From positions 3,262,142 to 3,326,141 of the forward strand of contig OZ245777.1 in NCBI GenBank assembly GCA_965227775.1: 64,000 bases of DNA. Direction: 5' to 3'. Shown piece by piece: positions 19,872-28,473 of the stretch. The notes beneath the pieces were generated by a model. The model was not told the DNA's origin, did no database searches, and worked only from the letters and a program-made list of their open reading frames with translations. The DNA comes from Phycisphaerales bacterium (lineage in GTDB: Bacteria; Planctomycetota; Phycisphaerae; Phycisphaerales; UBA1924). The first letter of the stretch is position 1; each line of letters opens with the position of its first letter. The translations under genes and the position numbers were made by a program.

Positions 19872-20210
19872 GTCATCCGGATCACTGACGTTATAGGCCG
19901 TGAACTTCTGTTCGATGAACCCCTCGTGCTGCACGGGCGGGTGTACCACTTCCACGCGTCGCGAGTTATCGTGTTCGAGATAGAGCTCGGCCATCCGTCG
20001 ATCGATCGAGTCGACGATCGCTTCGCGTTCTGATTCGGGCGCAAGCATGAGGCACGCGAGCCAGCGTCGGCCGAGCTCGGCACCCGCAGGCCGCAACAGC
20101 TCAACGAGCATCTGTACGTGGTCGCTCGGTGAGAGCATCGGCAACGGCGTCGATTCGCGATCGCGCTGGGGCTGATCGTGCTTCGGGCTGGGTTGAGGCG
20201 GGTTTGCCAT
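19860..20210 (-). CDS. Hypothetical protein (start uncertain: 20210, 20138 or 20111)
   Basis: GGAGG before ATG 20210; globular-looking sequence; overlaps the 3' end of the upstream HTH gene. Confidence 0.55.
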   Translation of the reverse strand: MANPPQPSPKHDQPQRDRESTPLPMLSPSDHVQMLVELLRPAGAELGRRWLACLMLAPESEREAIVDSIDRRMAELYLEHDNSRRVEVVHPPVQHEGFIEQKFTAYNVSDPDDSVS

Positions 20211-20649
20211 GGTCGCCCTCCGGCGGCTTGGGCTCGATATCCGCCGACACCGCTCCAGATGGCGGACCACCCTGGCGGATCATCGTCTCGAGCACCTGAG
20301 TGTAGCGTTCGAGCCGTTTCATCCGCGACTCGAGCCGTTCGATGGCGAGTGCGACGTGCGTGAGCAGGTCGGTCGCGTTGGCCTCCCGCAGCACGTGCGG
20401 CTTGATCTCGGCTTGCCGCATCGGGCCGCGGCCGGTAAGCACCCAATTGATATTCAGACCGAGCGAATCGGAGAGGCGCGAAACGAAGTCGACGCTCGGC
20501 GCATGGCCGCTCAAGTAGCGCCGCACCGTTTCTGGGTGCGTGTTGGTCATCTGGCCGACGCGACGGAACGTCCGATCGCCAACGGCGGCCTGCAGCCGAT
20601 CGTGCAGTCGCTCGTGCCCGCTGGTCTCGTTGCTCCCTTGATCACCCAC
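20101..20649 (-). CDS. XRE/CI-like helix-turn-helix protein with coiled coil
   Basis: RRVGQMTNTHPETVRRYLSG..PS..LGLNINWVLTGRGPM. Confidence 0.75.
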   Translation of the reverse strand: MGDQGSNETSGHERLHDRLQAAVGDRTFRRVGQMTNTHPETVRRYLSGHAPSVDFVSRLSDSLGLNINWVLTGRGPMRQAEIKPHVLREANATDLLTHVALAIERLESRMKRLERYTQVLETMIRQGGPPSGAVSADIEPKPPEGDHGKPASTQPEARSAPARSRIDAVADALTERPRTDAR

Positions 20650-20667
20650 GCCGGTATTGTGACCCTC

Positions 20668-22821
20668 TCACCCCACGTCGGCAAGCCCAAGCCACTCGCC
20701 AACGGTCCGTAAGACGCGGCGTTTGAGTACGGTGTCTTCGGCGTTTCCCAGCTTTGGTGATCGCTTCACCCACTCCTGCGCGTCTCGACGCGCGAGCTCG
20801 AGGAGTTCGGCATCGCGCACCAAATCGGCAACCCTTAGGGGCAGCGCGCCCGATTGCCGAGAGCCGAACATCTCTCCTGGCCCGCGCAACGCGAAGTCAG
20901 CCTCGGCAAGCTTAAAGCCGTCGGTGGTCTTCGTGATTGCCTCCATCCGCTTCGCGCCCACCTCGGTCGTCGGGTCGGCAACAAGCAGGCACTCGGCTCG
21001 AAGATCCCCGGGAATGCCGCCGCGCCCGACACGGCCGCGAAGCTGGTGGAGCTGGGCGAGCCCGAACCGAACGGCCTGCTCAATAACCATGCACGTGGCA
21101 CCCGGCACATCGACGCCGACCTCGACGATGGTGGTTGCCACGAGTACGGGTGCTTCGCCGTTGCGGAAGCGTTCCATCACCGCCTCGCGCGTCGCCGTGG
21201 TCATCTTTCCGTGCAAGAGCCCGCAACGCACGCCCTCGAGCGGGCCGGTCTGGAGTTCCTTGATAAGGTCGACGACGCCGACGAGCGGTTCTTTATCTAC
21301 AGATTGCTCTGACGAATCGACGAGTTCGAGCTGCTGCGAGCTGTCGCCGATCGCCGGCGCGATGACGAACGCGAGACCACCGCCACGCACGTGCTCGCGT
21401 AGCCGCGCGTAGGCCCAGTCGCGCGACGCCTTTGGCACGTGCTCGGTGTGCACCGGCTGGCGTCCCGGTGGCATGTCGCCGATGGTCGTGACGTCGAGAT
21501 CACCCAGCACGCTAATCGCGATGGTGCGCGGTATGGGCGTAGCGGTCATGACCAGAGTGTGGGGAATGACTTCGCCGGCCTTCTCTCGAAGCGCCGCGCG
21601 CTGGTGCACGCCGAAGCGGTGCTGCTCGTCGATGATGGCGAGCGCGAGGCTCTTGAACTTCACCACGTCGGTGAGCAGGGCGTGCGTGCCGACGACGATA
21701 TCGGTGTGGCCCATCGCCAAGTCTGCAAGGACGCGTTGGCGTTCGGCGTTGCTCAACGCGCCGGTCAGCATCGCCACGCGCACGTCGGCCTTCTGGAGCA
21801 TCGCACGCAAGGATCGCTCGTGCTGCTCCGCGAGGATCTCCGTCGGAGCCATAAGCGCAGCCTGGTGGCCGGTGGCGACGGCCATGAGCATCGCATAGGC
21901 GGCGACCATTGTCTTGCCCGACCCGACGTCGCCCTGGATGAGACGGTTGGCGGGCGTGGTCTGGGCGAGATCGCCGGCCAACTCTTGCATGGCTGCCAGC
22001 TGGCCGGGTGTGGGCGTGTACGGCAGCCTCGAGACGATTCGCTCGTGCAACTCGTCGTCCGCGCGCAGTGCGATAGCTCGCCCCTCTTGCCTTAACTCGG
22101 CCCGTCTGAGTTGAACGCCGAGTTGAAGCATCAGCAACTCGTCGTATGCGAGCCGACGCCGCGAGATGGCCAGTTCGTCCTCGTCGGCCGGAGCGTGCTG
22201 CATGCGATAGGCATCGCGCAGCTCGGGCAGTGCGCGATGGTTGCGGAACGCCTGGTCAAGGTGGTCCTCGATGTACGGGAGCGCTGCCGGCAACGCGGCC
22301 GTGATCGCGTCGGCAATAGCCCGGCTCTTCAGACCTTCACCTGCCGGATACACAGGCATGAGCCGCCGATCGAGCCCGTCATCGGGTGCGGCACCGTCTT
22401 CGGCTTCGGGGAGCACATCGAACGTCGGATTGGCCAACTGCGGGTGGTGGTTGTAGGTCGCCACCTTGCCCTGTACGCGGAGGCGAACGCCCGGCTGGAT
22501 CTGCGAGCGAAGGTAGCCACCGTTGAACCAGACCAGGTCGAGCGAGCCCGAATCGTCGGTGAGCTTGGCCTGCAGACGCTGCTTCGGAAAGCGGCCGGCC
22601 ATTCGCGTGGAGGTGACTTCCCCCACCGCCGAGCATTGCTCACCTTCGGTGAGTTCGGCGATGGGCCGTGTCGGCTCGTGCCACTCGTGCCGCATGGGTA
22701 GGTGCGCGATCAGCTTGCCGATGTTCGTCAAGCCGAGGGCCGCGAGCTGCTTGGCGCGACGCGGCCCGACGCCGTACAGTTCGATGAGTGGGCTGGTCAG
22801 GCTCAGGGTCTGCTCGGTCAT
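20668..22821 (-). CDS. recG: ATP-dependent DNA helicase RecG
   Basis: RLIQGDVGSGKT, DEQHRFGVHQR, MTATPIPRT, QLHQLRGRVGRG. Confidence 0.97.
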   Translation of the reverse strand: MTEQTLSLTSPLIELYGVGPRRAKQLAALGLTNIGKLIAHLPMRHEWHEPTRPIAELTEGEQCSAVGEVTSTRMAGRFPKQRLQAKLTDDSGSLDLVWFNGGYLRSQIQPGVRLRVQGKVATYNHHPQLANPTFDVLPEAEDGAAPDDGLDRRLMPVYPAGEGLKSRAIADAITAALPAALPYIEDHLDQAFRNHRALPELRDAYRMQHAPADEDELAISRRRLAYDELLMLQLGVQLRRAELRQEGRAIALRADDELHERIVSRLPYTPTPGQLAAMQELAGDLAQTTPANRLIQGDVGSGKTMVAAYAMLMAVATGHQAALMAPTEILAEQHERSLRAMLQKADVRVAMLTGALSNAERQRVLADLAMGHTDIVVGTHALLTDVVKFKSLALAIIDEQHRFGVHQRAALREKAGEVIPHTLVMTATPIPRTIAISVLGDLDVTTIGDMPPGRQPVHTEHVPKASRDWAYARLREHVRGGGLAFVIAPAIGDSSQQLELVDSSEQSVDKEPLVGVVDLIKELQTGPLEGVRCGLLHGKMTTATREAVMERFRNGEAPVLVATTIVEVGVDVPGATCMVIEQAVRFGLAQLHQLRGRVGRGGIPGDLRAECLLVADPTTEVGAKRMEAITKTTDGFKLAEADFALRGPGEMFGSRQSGALPLRVADLVRDAELLELARRDAQEWVKRSPKLGNAEDTVLKRRVLRTVGEWLGLADVG

Positions 22822-23162
22822 GCCTGCGAGTCTTCGTCTGCCGGTGCGTCGGGATCGATCGAGCGAAGATAGTCCCAGCTGAAGATGCCTGTGCGATGGC
22901 CGTCGGAGAAGGTAACTCGGATGGCGTAGCGGCCCACGAGCTGCGCATCGACCGCGCGCAGCTCCGACCCCGAGCCGCTATCGGGTACGACGACGAGCGG
23001 ATTGGTCTGCATCTCTTCTCGCAGCTGCCGCATGTCAGCCGAAGGTGACATCCGCCGCAGATACGCCAGCGGGTAGAACGACTCCGTGCCGTCCTGCCAG
23101 CGCACGGCCAACCCCTTGGCCCGGTCGAGGTCGAGGCTCGCCGGAGCTGGCTCTTGGGTCAT
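22818..23162 (-). CDS. DUF971 (GBBH-like N-terminal) protein
   Basis: YLRRMSPSA, VGRYAIRVTFSDGHRTGIFSWDYL. Confidence 0.9.
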   Translation of the reverse strand: MTQEPAPASLDLDRAKGLAVRWQDGTESFYPLAYLRRMSPSADMRQLREEMQTNPLVVVPDSGSGSELRAVDAQLVGRYAIRVTFSDGHRTGIFSWDYLRSIDPDAPADEDSQA

Positions 23163-23216
23163 GCCGGCTGTCCGGGGCGATCGCGCCGCGCTCGCCGGGG
23201 TTCTATCGTCATTGAC

Positions 23217-24098
23217 ATGGCACACGATAGCGCCGGCACCGACTTCGACCGCACGCTCAGGAGCGCCCAGGAGCGTTGCGGGGCCCCGTTGTGCGTGGGG
23301 ATTGACCCCGTACTCGATCGCCTGCCCGAGTCCGTAGCTGGCGCCGAGCCCGGGCCGGCCTTTGAGGCGTTCTCACGCGGAATCGTGGAGGCGGTATCTC
23401 CATCGGCGAGCGCGGTGAAGTTCCAATCCGCGTGCTACGAGCGGCTCGGGGCCCCGGGCATCCTCGCCCTCGAGGCCGGCATCCGTCGGGCCCGCGATGC
23501 CGGGCTGGCTGTGATCCTGGACGCGAAGCGCGGAGACATCGGAATCTCGGCCCGCCATTATGCGGCCGCCGCGAAGCAACTTGGTGCGCATGCAATCACC
23601 ATCAGCGCGTACCTGGGCATCGAGACCATTGAGCCCTTCCTTGACGAGGGGCTCGCCGTTTTCGTGCTCGTGCGCACCAGCAACCCCGGATCGGCGGACG
23701 TCCAGGACGTACCGCTGCGCTCAGGCGGCACGCTGGCGATACACGTGGGCCAGCTCGTCGCAGAATTGGGCAGGTCGCGGCCGGGCGTGCACGCCGTCGT
23801 CGGCGCGACGCAGCACGCCCAGTCGGCCGTGCTTCGTGCCGTGATGCCACGCCAGCTCTTCCTGTTGCCTGGGCTCGGGGCCCAGGGCGCCAGTGTTGAA
23901 GATCTCTGCGCGTTCGCGACGCATCCGTCTCATGCCGAAGAGGATCCGTCACGCGGCCTATTGCCGACGGCCAGCCGATCGGTCATCTTCGCCGGCAGCG
24001 GAACCGCCTGGATGGAAGGCGTGGCGGCGGCCGCGTCTGATCTAAACAGCCAGCTTCGCGAAGCCCTCACGGCACCAGCGGTATCGCCCGCCAACTAG
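23217..24098 (+). CDS. pyrF: Orotidine-5'-phosphate decarboxylase
   Basis: LCVGIDP, ILDAKRGDIG, VRTSNPGS, VVGAT, LLPGLGAQG. Confidence 0.95.
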   Translation: MAHDSAGTDFDRTLRSAQERCGAPLCVGIDPVLDRLPESVAGAEPGPAFEAFSRGIVEAVSPSASAVKFQSACYERLGAPGILALEAGIRRARDAGLAVILDAKRGDIGISARHYAAAAKQLGAHAITISAYLGIETIEPFLDEGLAVFVLVRTSNPGSADVQDVPLRSGGTLAIHVGQLVAELGRSRPGVHAVVGATQHAQSAVLRAVMPRQLFLLPGLGAQGASVEDLCAFATHPSHAEEDPSRGLLPTASRSVIFAGSGTAWMEGVAAAASDLNSQLREALTAPAVSPAN

Positions 24099-24155
24099 CC
24101 GGTCTCACGCTTGCTGACTGACTAGCCGGGGTTCCTTGGTCTTGGTCAGCGCACG

Positions 24156-24184
24156 AAAACCGACAATCCACGAGGGATTGTCGG
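24156..24184 (-). terminator. Rho-independent terminator of the PEP-CTERM-like gene
   Basis: ccgacaatcc-acgag-ggattgtcgg preceded by aaaa (U-tract on the minus strand). Confidence 0.75.
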
Positions 24185-24234
24185 CGATGGGTCTATCAGT
24201 ACCGACTGAGGGAGGCAGCCGGTGGTGTGATCGC

Positions 24235-24888
24235 TTAGCGGCGGCGGCGAGTGGCGGCGAGGCCACCGAGGCCGAGCAGCGCCAGCGTCGCGGGAGCAGG
24301 GATAACTTCACCACTCACCTGCGTCGAAACGCCGGAGAAGTCGGAGGTGAAGAAGTCGCTGGAGCCTGAGATGAACAGCTGGACGAGCGCACCGTCGTAG
24401 GGGGCTTCGCCGGGCAGGTCGGTCGAGAACGAACCCGAGGTCGGGCCGTCAAAGGTACCGTCACCGCTCACGTCGTTGAACTGGACGCCGGACAGCAGGC
24501 CATTAAAGGCGATGATGCCGCCCGAGCCGAGCTGGATGAACTGGCCATCGATCGTGCCAGTCAGCGACTCACCGGTCACGTCGACGATCGTGAAAGTACC
24601 GTCGCCATCAGCGGTGCCAGCACCGGTGATCATGACGTCGATGTCGAAGCTGAAATCAGCGAAGCCGGTGCCAACGAAGCCGGGCTCGAACACTGCGGTT
24701 CCGCCGGGGCTGGCCAGGCGAGTCACATCGCCCGAAGTCGTTGCAGTCGAAGCACCGACGAACGAGCTATCGCTCGCGGTGAACGAGCCGTCAACGTCGG
24801 TGAATCCGAACGTCAGGATGGCCTGAGCGTTGGCCACAGCAGCGGTGGCAGCAACGCCGGCAACGGCAATAAGCGTGGTACGACCCAT
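24235..24888 (-). CDS. Secreted PEP-CTERM-like sorting-signal protein
   Basis: Signal peptide; C-terminus IPAPATLALLGLGGLAATRRRR. Confidence 0.88.
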   Translation of the reverse strand: MGRTTLIAVAGVAATAAVANAQAILTFGFTDVDGSFTASDSSFVGASTATTSGDVTRLASPGGTAVFEPGFVGTGFADFSFDIDVMITGAGTADGDGTFTIVDVTGESLTGTIDGQFIQLGSGGIIAFNGLLSGVQFNDVSGDGTFDGPTSGSFSTDLPGEAPYDGALVQLFISGSSDFFTSDFSGVSTQVSGEVIPAPATLALLGLGGLAATRRRR

Positions 24889-25046
24889 CTCTGCATCTCC
24901 TCAAGGGCATTCGCCCATTCGGTACGCCCCGACGATCGGCCAGTACGGCCGCCCAGTCTCCCGATGGGATCGGGGCAATCTCCTCTTAGCGTACAGGCTA
25001 ACCGGACTTTTGCCAGGAATCCAGACCGATTTGCGTGCGCCGACCT

Positions 25047-25156
25047 CGAATTATCTGGACGCTTGCACTTTTGCTTACCCAGATTACCAAAGCGACACCA
25101 GACGGTGCGTTTGACCGAATTATTGGACGTATTGAGCTGATAATTATGTCCGATAA
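25047..25156. promoter_or_regulatory. AT-rich region with repeated TTATyGGAC motif (putative TF sites)
   Basis: cgaattatctggacg (25047), cgaattattggacg (25116) and inverted copy tatgtccgataa (25145-25156). Confidence 0.45.
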
Positions 25157-25231
25157 AACAGCACGTCGGCACGTTGCGATTTCGCATCATCGAAGGTTTG
25201 GATTGTGGGAGGTGCCGCCAAAACGGCAATT

Positions 25232-25795
25232 TCACATTGGCTTCTTGTCGATCGTCACGTCGTAGACGTGCAGGAGCTTCTCCTTGTCGAAGATCAGCTC
25301 CTGGCGGCTTTGGCCAGTGATGTCGTACTCGGTAGTCAGCTCGATGGCGTCGACCGGGCAGGCCTCTTCGCACATACCGCAGAAGATGCAGCGAAGCTCA
25401 TCGATCTCGAACTTCTTGGGGTACTTCTCCCGGTCGTCCCAGGGGCTCTCCTCGGCCACGATGTGGATGCAGTTGGCCGGGCAGATCGTCGGGCACATCA
25501 TGCAGGCCACGCACTTCACGCGGCCGTCCTCATCCCGATTCAGGCGGTGGACACCACGGAAGTTGCTGGCGTTTTGGCCGCCCTCTTCGACGGGCAGGTG
25601 CTCTCGCCGCTCCTCGGGGTATTGCAAGGCCCGATTGGTGTTCTTGCCGGGAAACACTTTGCCCTGACCAAAGCTGGTGAGAAAGTGCCGCATCGTGGTG
25701 CCAAAGCCCACCACGACCTCTCGGACGTAGAGCCGCTCGGTGGCGCTGGTGGGTGGTGGTGCGATCCGCAGGATGTCCTGTTCTGGCACGGTCAT
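25232..25795 (-). CDS. nuoI: NADH-quinone oxidoreductase subunit I
   Basis: QYPEE..FRGVHRL, CVACMMCPTICP, RCIFCGMCEEACPVDAI. Confidence 0.93.
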   Translation of the reverse strand: MTVPEQDILRIAPPPTSATERLYVREVVVGFGTTMRHFLTSFGQGKVFPGKNTNRALQYPEERREHLPVEEGGQNASNFRGVHRLNRDEDGRVKCVACMMCPTICPANCIHIVAEESPWDDREKYPKKFEIDELRCIFCGMCEEACPVDAIELTTEYDITGQSRQELIFDKEKLLHVYDVTIDKKPM

Positions 25796-25917
25796 GGGGC
25801 CGATGATAGGGCAAGGAATGCTCGGTCGATCGCGGCCCGAGGGGAAAGGCCGCCCGAGGAAAAGTCGACCGGAAACCCGATGAACGACGCGGCCTCGGGC
25901 CGAGATAGACTGTTGGT

Positions 25918-26910
25918 ATGGCAAGCCGCCGCCCCCCACTGTTCGAGTTGCTCCAGCAGAACGACGCCTCGCGCCAGGGACGCAGCGGCAACAACGGCCA
26001 GTCGGGCGTGCTACGAGGCGGGCCGACCAAACCGGTGGCCGAGCCTGAGCCGCCGCAGCCTTCCAACGGGCACGCATCGGGTGCTGTTGAAAGCAAGCCC
26101 AACAAGCCGGCCAGGGCGGCCTCACTCGAGGAAATCGCTGCGCCGTCCCAGCCCGATCCCGATCAGACACGTGCAGCGACGCGGCCGGAGCCCGAGCCGA
26201 AGCCGCAGCGGGCGAAGCCCGAGCCCAAGGCCGAGAGGCCAGCGGGAGCGGCCGATTGGTCGGGGATGCACCCGCATAGCTCGATCCGCGTGCGGATGCT
26301 GTGGATTTATGGTGCCCTGGTCGCGGTGCTGCTGACGGTCGTCGGCGTCTGGGCGCTTGGGTACAACCTCGGTGAACGCAATCAGAAGGCCGAACTCGGG
26401 GCCTATCTCGATCGCGCGGGCCAGGCCGGCCCCATCACCGATCCGCTTGATCAAGGCGTCGATGGCGGCTCATCCGAACCGGTCGATCCTTCGGCATTGT
26501 CGCAGATTGAAACGCCACAACGGGCCGAGGCCCCAGGGCAGGCACCGATCGAGCGAAGCGAACCGTCCGTGGCAACGCCCGACCCGGAGCCGGCTCCCAT
26601 CGACGTTTCGGTCGATGTCCGCAAGCCCAACCACAACTACATGAAGCTGGCCAGCGGCATGACCCAGGAGCGGGCCGAGGGCCTCGCTCAACACTTGGTA
26701 AACAACGGCATCGCCGCGATGGCACTGCGCGAGGGCCGCGGCTACGGCCTGTATACCTCGATGGCCGTGCCCAGCGGCCAATTCGGGGCTACGAAGCCCG
26801 AGCGTGAAGCCCACGCCTCGCGGGTCGTCCGGCTGCTGATGCAGACGCCGCGCGATCTCGGTGGGCCCTACGACGCCAGCGGGCACCTCTGGATCCGTTT
26901 CGACGGCTGA
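25918..26910 (+). CDS. Bitopic membrane protein with Pro-rich linker and possible SPOR-like C-terminal domain
   Basis: Single TM (WIYGALVAVLLTVVGVWALGY), low-complexity linker, globular C-terminus. Confidence 0.7.
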   Translation: MASRRPPLFELLQQNDASRQGRSGNNGQSGVLRGGPTKPVAEPEPPQPSNGHASGAVESKPNKPARAASLEEIAAPSQPDPDQTRAATRPEPEPKPQRAKPEPKAERPAGAADWSGMHPHSSIRVRMLWIYGALVAVLLTVVGVWALGYNLGERNQKAELGAYLDRAGQAGPITDPLDQGVDGGSSEPVDPSALSQIETPQRAEAPGQAPIERSEPSVATPDPEPAPIDVSVDVRKPNHNYMKLASGMTQERAEGLAQHLVNNGIAAMALREGRGYGLYTSMAVPSGQFGATKPEREAHASRVVRLLMQTPRDLGGPYDASGHLWIRFDG

Positions 26911-27017
26911 TCCGCCCTACCTGCGGCCAGCCTGCCAGTGGCGGCTGGGTGGTTCTCCGTCTATCATCTCAGCCCGGGCCAGCCAGTTGGCCTGGGCTGT
27001 TTCGCAGGAGAATCGGC

Positions 27018-27173
27018 ATGAGCCTCCACAGTTCACTTCGCACCGGCGGCGCCCTGGTCCAGAAGCGGTCGGTCCTGACCCGGGCTGAGCGCGTTGCCAA
27101 GCTGCTCGACGAGAAGAAGATGGCCAAGGACGAGAAGAAGGCCCTGGGCCTTCCGAAGGTCCGCGTCTTCTAG
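27018..27173 (+). CDS. PVC superphylum small basic signature protein
   Basis: MSLHSSLR..RSVLTRAERV..GLPKVRV; AGGAG SD. Confidence 0.9.
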   Translation: MSLHSSLRTGGALVQKRSVLTRAERVAKLLDEKKMAKDEKKALGLPKVRVF

Positions 27174-27247
27174 GTCGGCCGCCCTCCTCCTCGACGTTTT
27201 CCACCCTTGTGCGCGCTTTCGGCCGCAGTGGTGGGAACGATGGGGGC

Positions 27248-28429
27248 ATGGACGTACGCCGCCTTGTAACCGACCGCGCCAGGGCCGTCGATGCCTCGGG
27301 CATCCGCCGCATCTTCCAGCTCGGCGCCCAAATCGAGAATCCGATCAACTTGAGCATCGGGCAGCCGGACTTTCCGGTGCCCGAGACGATCAAGCGCGCC
27401 GCGATCGACGCCATCGAGAGCGATTTCAACGGGTACACGCAGACCCAGGGCATCGCGCCGCTGCGCGAGAAGCTGGTGGACTGGCTTGCGCGCGATCTCG
27501 GGTGGACGTTCGGCGGGGCGGGCGACCCGGAGGTGCTGGTCACGAGCGGCACGAGTGGGGCTCTCTTCCTGGCATTCATGGCGCTCATGGGGCCGGGCGA
27601 CGAGGCGATCATTCCCGACCCGTACTTCGTGATGTACCCGCACGTTGCGACCATGTGCGGCGGCAAGGCCGTGCGTTGCGACACATACCCCGACTTTCGC
27701 ATGACGGCCGAGCGGGTCGAGCCGTTAATCACCGAGCGCACAAAGCTGGTGTTGTACAACGCACCGTCGAATCCTGCCGGGGTTGTCGGCACTGTTGATG
27801 AGTGCCGCGACCTGCTGGAGCTTTGCCGTAGCAAGGGCGTGCTGCTCATCAGCGACGAGATCTACGACGAGTTCACGTTCGACGACTTCGAGGACGACAA
27901 GATGGTCGGCGAGCCTCGCAGCCCACGCTGCCCCTCCCCGGCACGCTTTCCTGGGGCCCAGGACGACGTTCTGGTCATCCGCGGGTTTGGCAAGACGTAT
28001 GGCGTGACCGGCTGGCGGATGGGCTATGCGGCTGGGCCGGCCGAGCTGATGGGCCACATCGCGAAGTTCCAGCAGTACACGTACGTGTGCGCGCCGTCGA
28101 TGGCGCAGCACGGGTGCATCGCAGCGATGGATGTCGACATGACCGACACCGTGCGCGCGTACAAGCAGCGCCGTGATTCGTTGGTGCGGGCCCTCAGCCA
28201 ATGGACCGAGGTCGCCGTACCGGGCGGGGCGTTCTATCTGTTTCCCCGCGTGCCCGAAGGGAAGACCGGGACACAGTTTGTGGAGGAAGCCATCTCCAAC
28301 AAGCTGTTGGTGATTCCAGGTGGGATCTTCAGCGATCGGGACACGCACTTTCGCCTGAGCTTTGCTTCATCTCCGGAGACCATCGAGCGGGGCATTGAGG
28401 TGCTGGAGAAGCTGTACTCGGGCATCTGA
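27248..28429 (+). CDS. PLP-dependent aminotransferase class I/II
   Basis: NLSIGQPDF, PSNPAG, ISDEIY, GFGKTYGVTGWRMGY. Confidence 0.93.
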   Translation: MDVRRLVTDRARAVDASGIRRIFQLGAQIENPINLSIGQPDFPVPETIKRAAIDAIESDFNGYTQTQGIAPLREKLVDWLARDLGWTFGGAGDPEVLVTSGTSGALFLAFMALMGPGDEAIIPDPYFVMYPHVATMCGGKAVRCDTYPDFRMTAERVEPLITERTKLVLYNAPSNPAGVVGTVDECRDLLELCRSKGVLLISDEIYDEFTFDDFEDDKMVGEPRSPRCPSPARFPGAQDDVLVIRGFGKTYGVTGWRMGYAAGPAELMGHIAKFQQYTYVCAPSMAQHGCIAAMDVDMTDTVRAYKQRRDSLVRALSQWTEVAVPGGAFYLFPRVPEGKTGTQFVEEAISNKLLVIPGGIFSDRDTHFRLSFASSPETIERGIEVLEKLYSGI

Positions 28430-28473
28430 GCGAGCGGTCCCGAATACAGTTGTTCAAATCGCTGGAGAATCCC

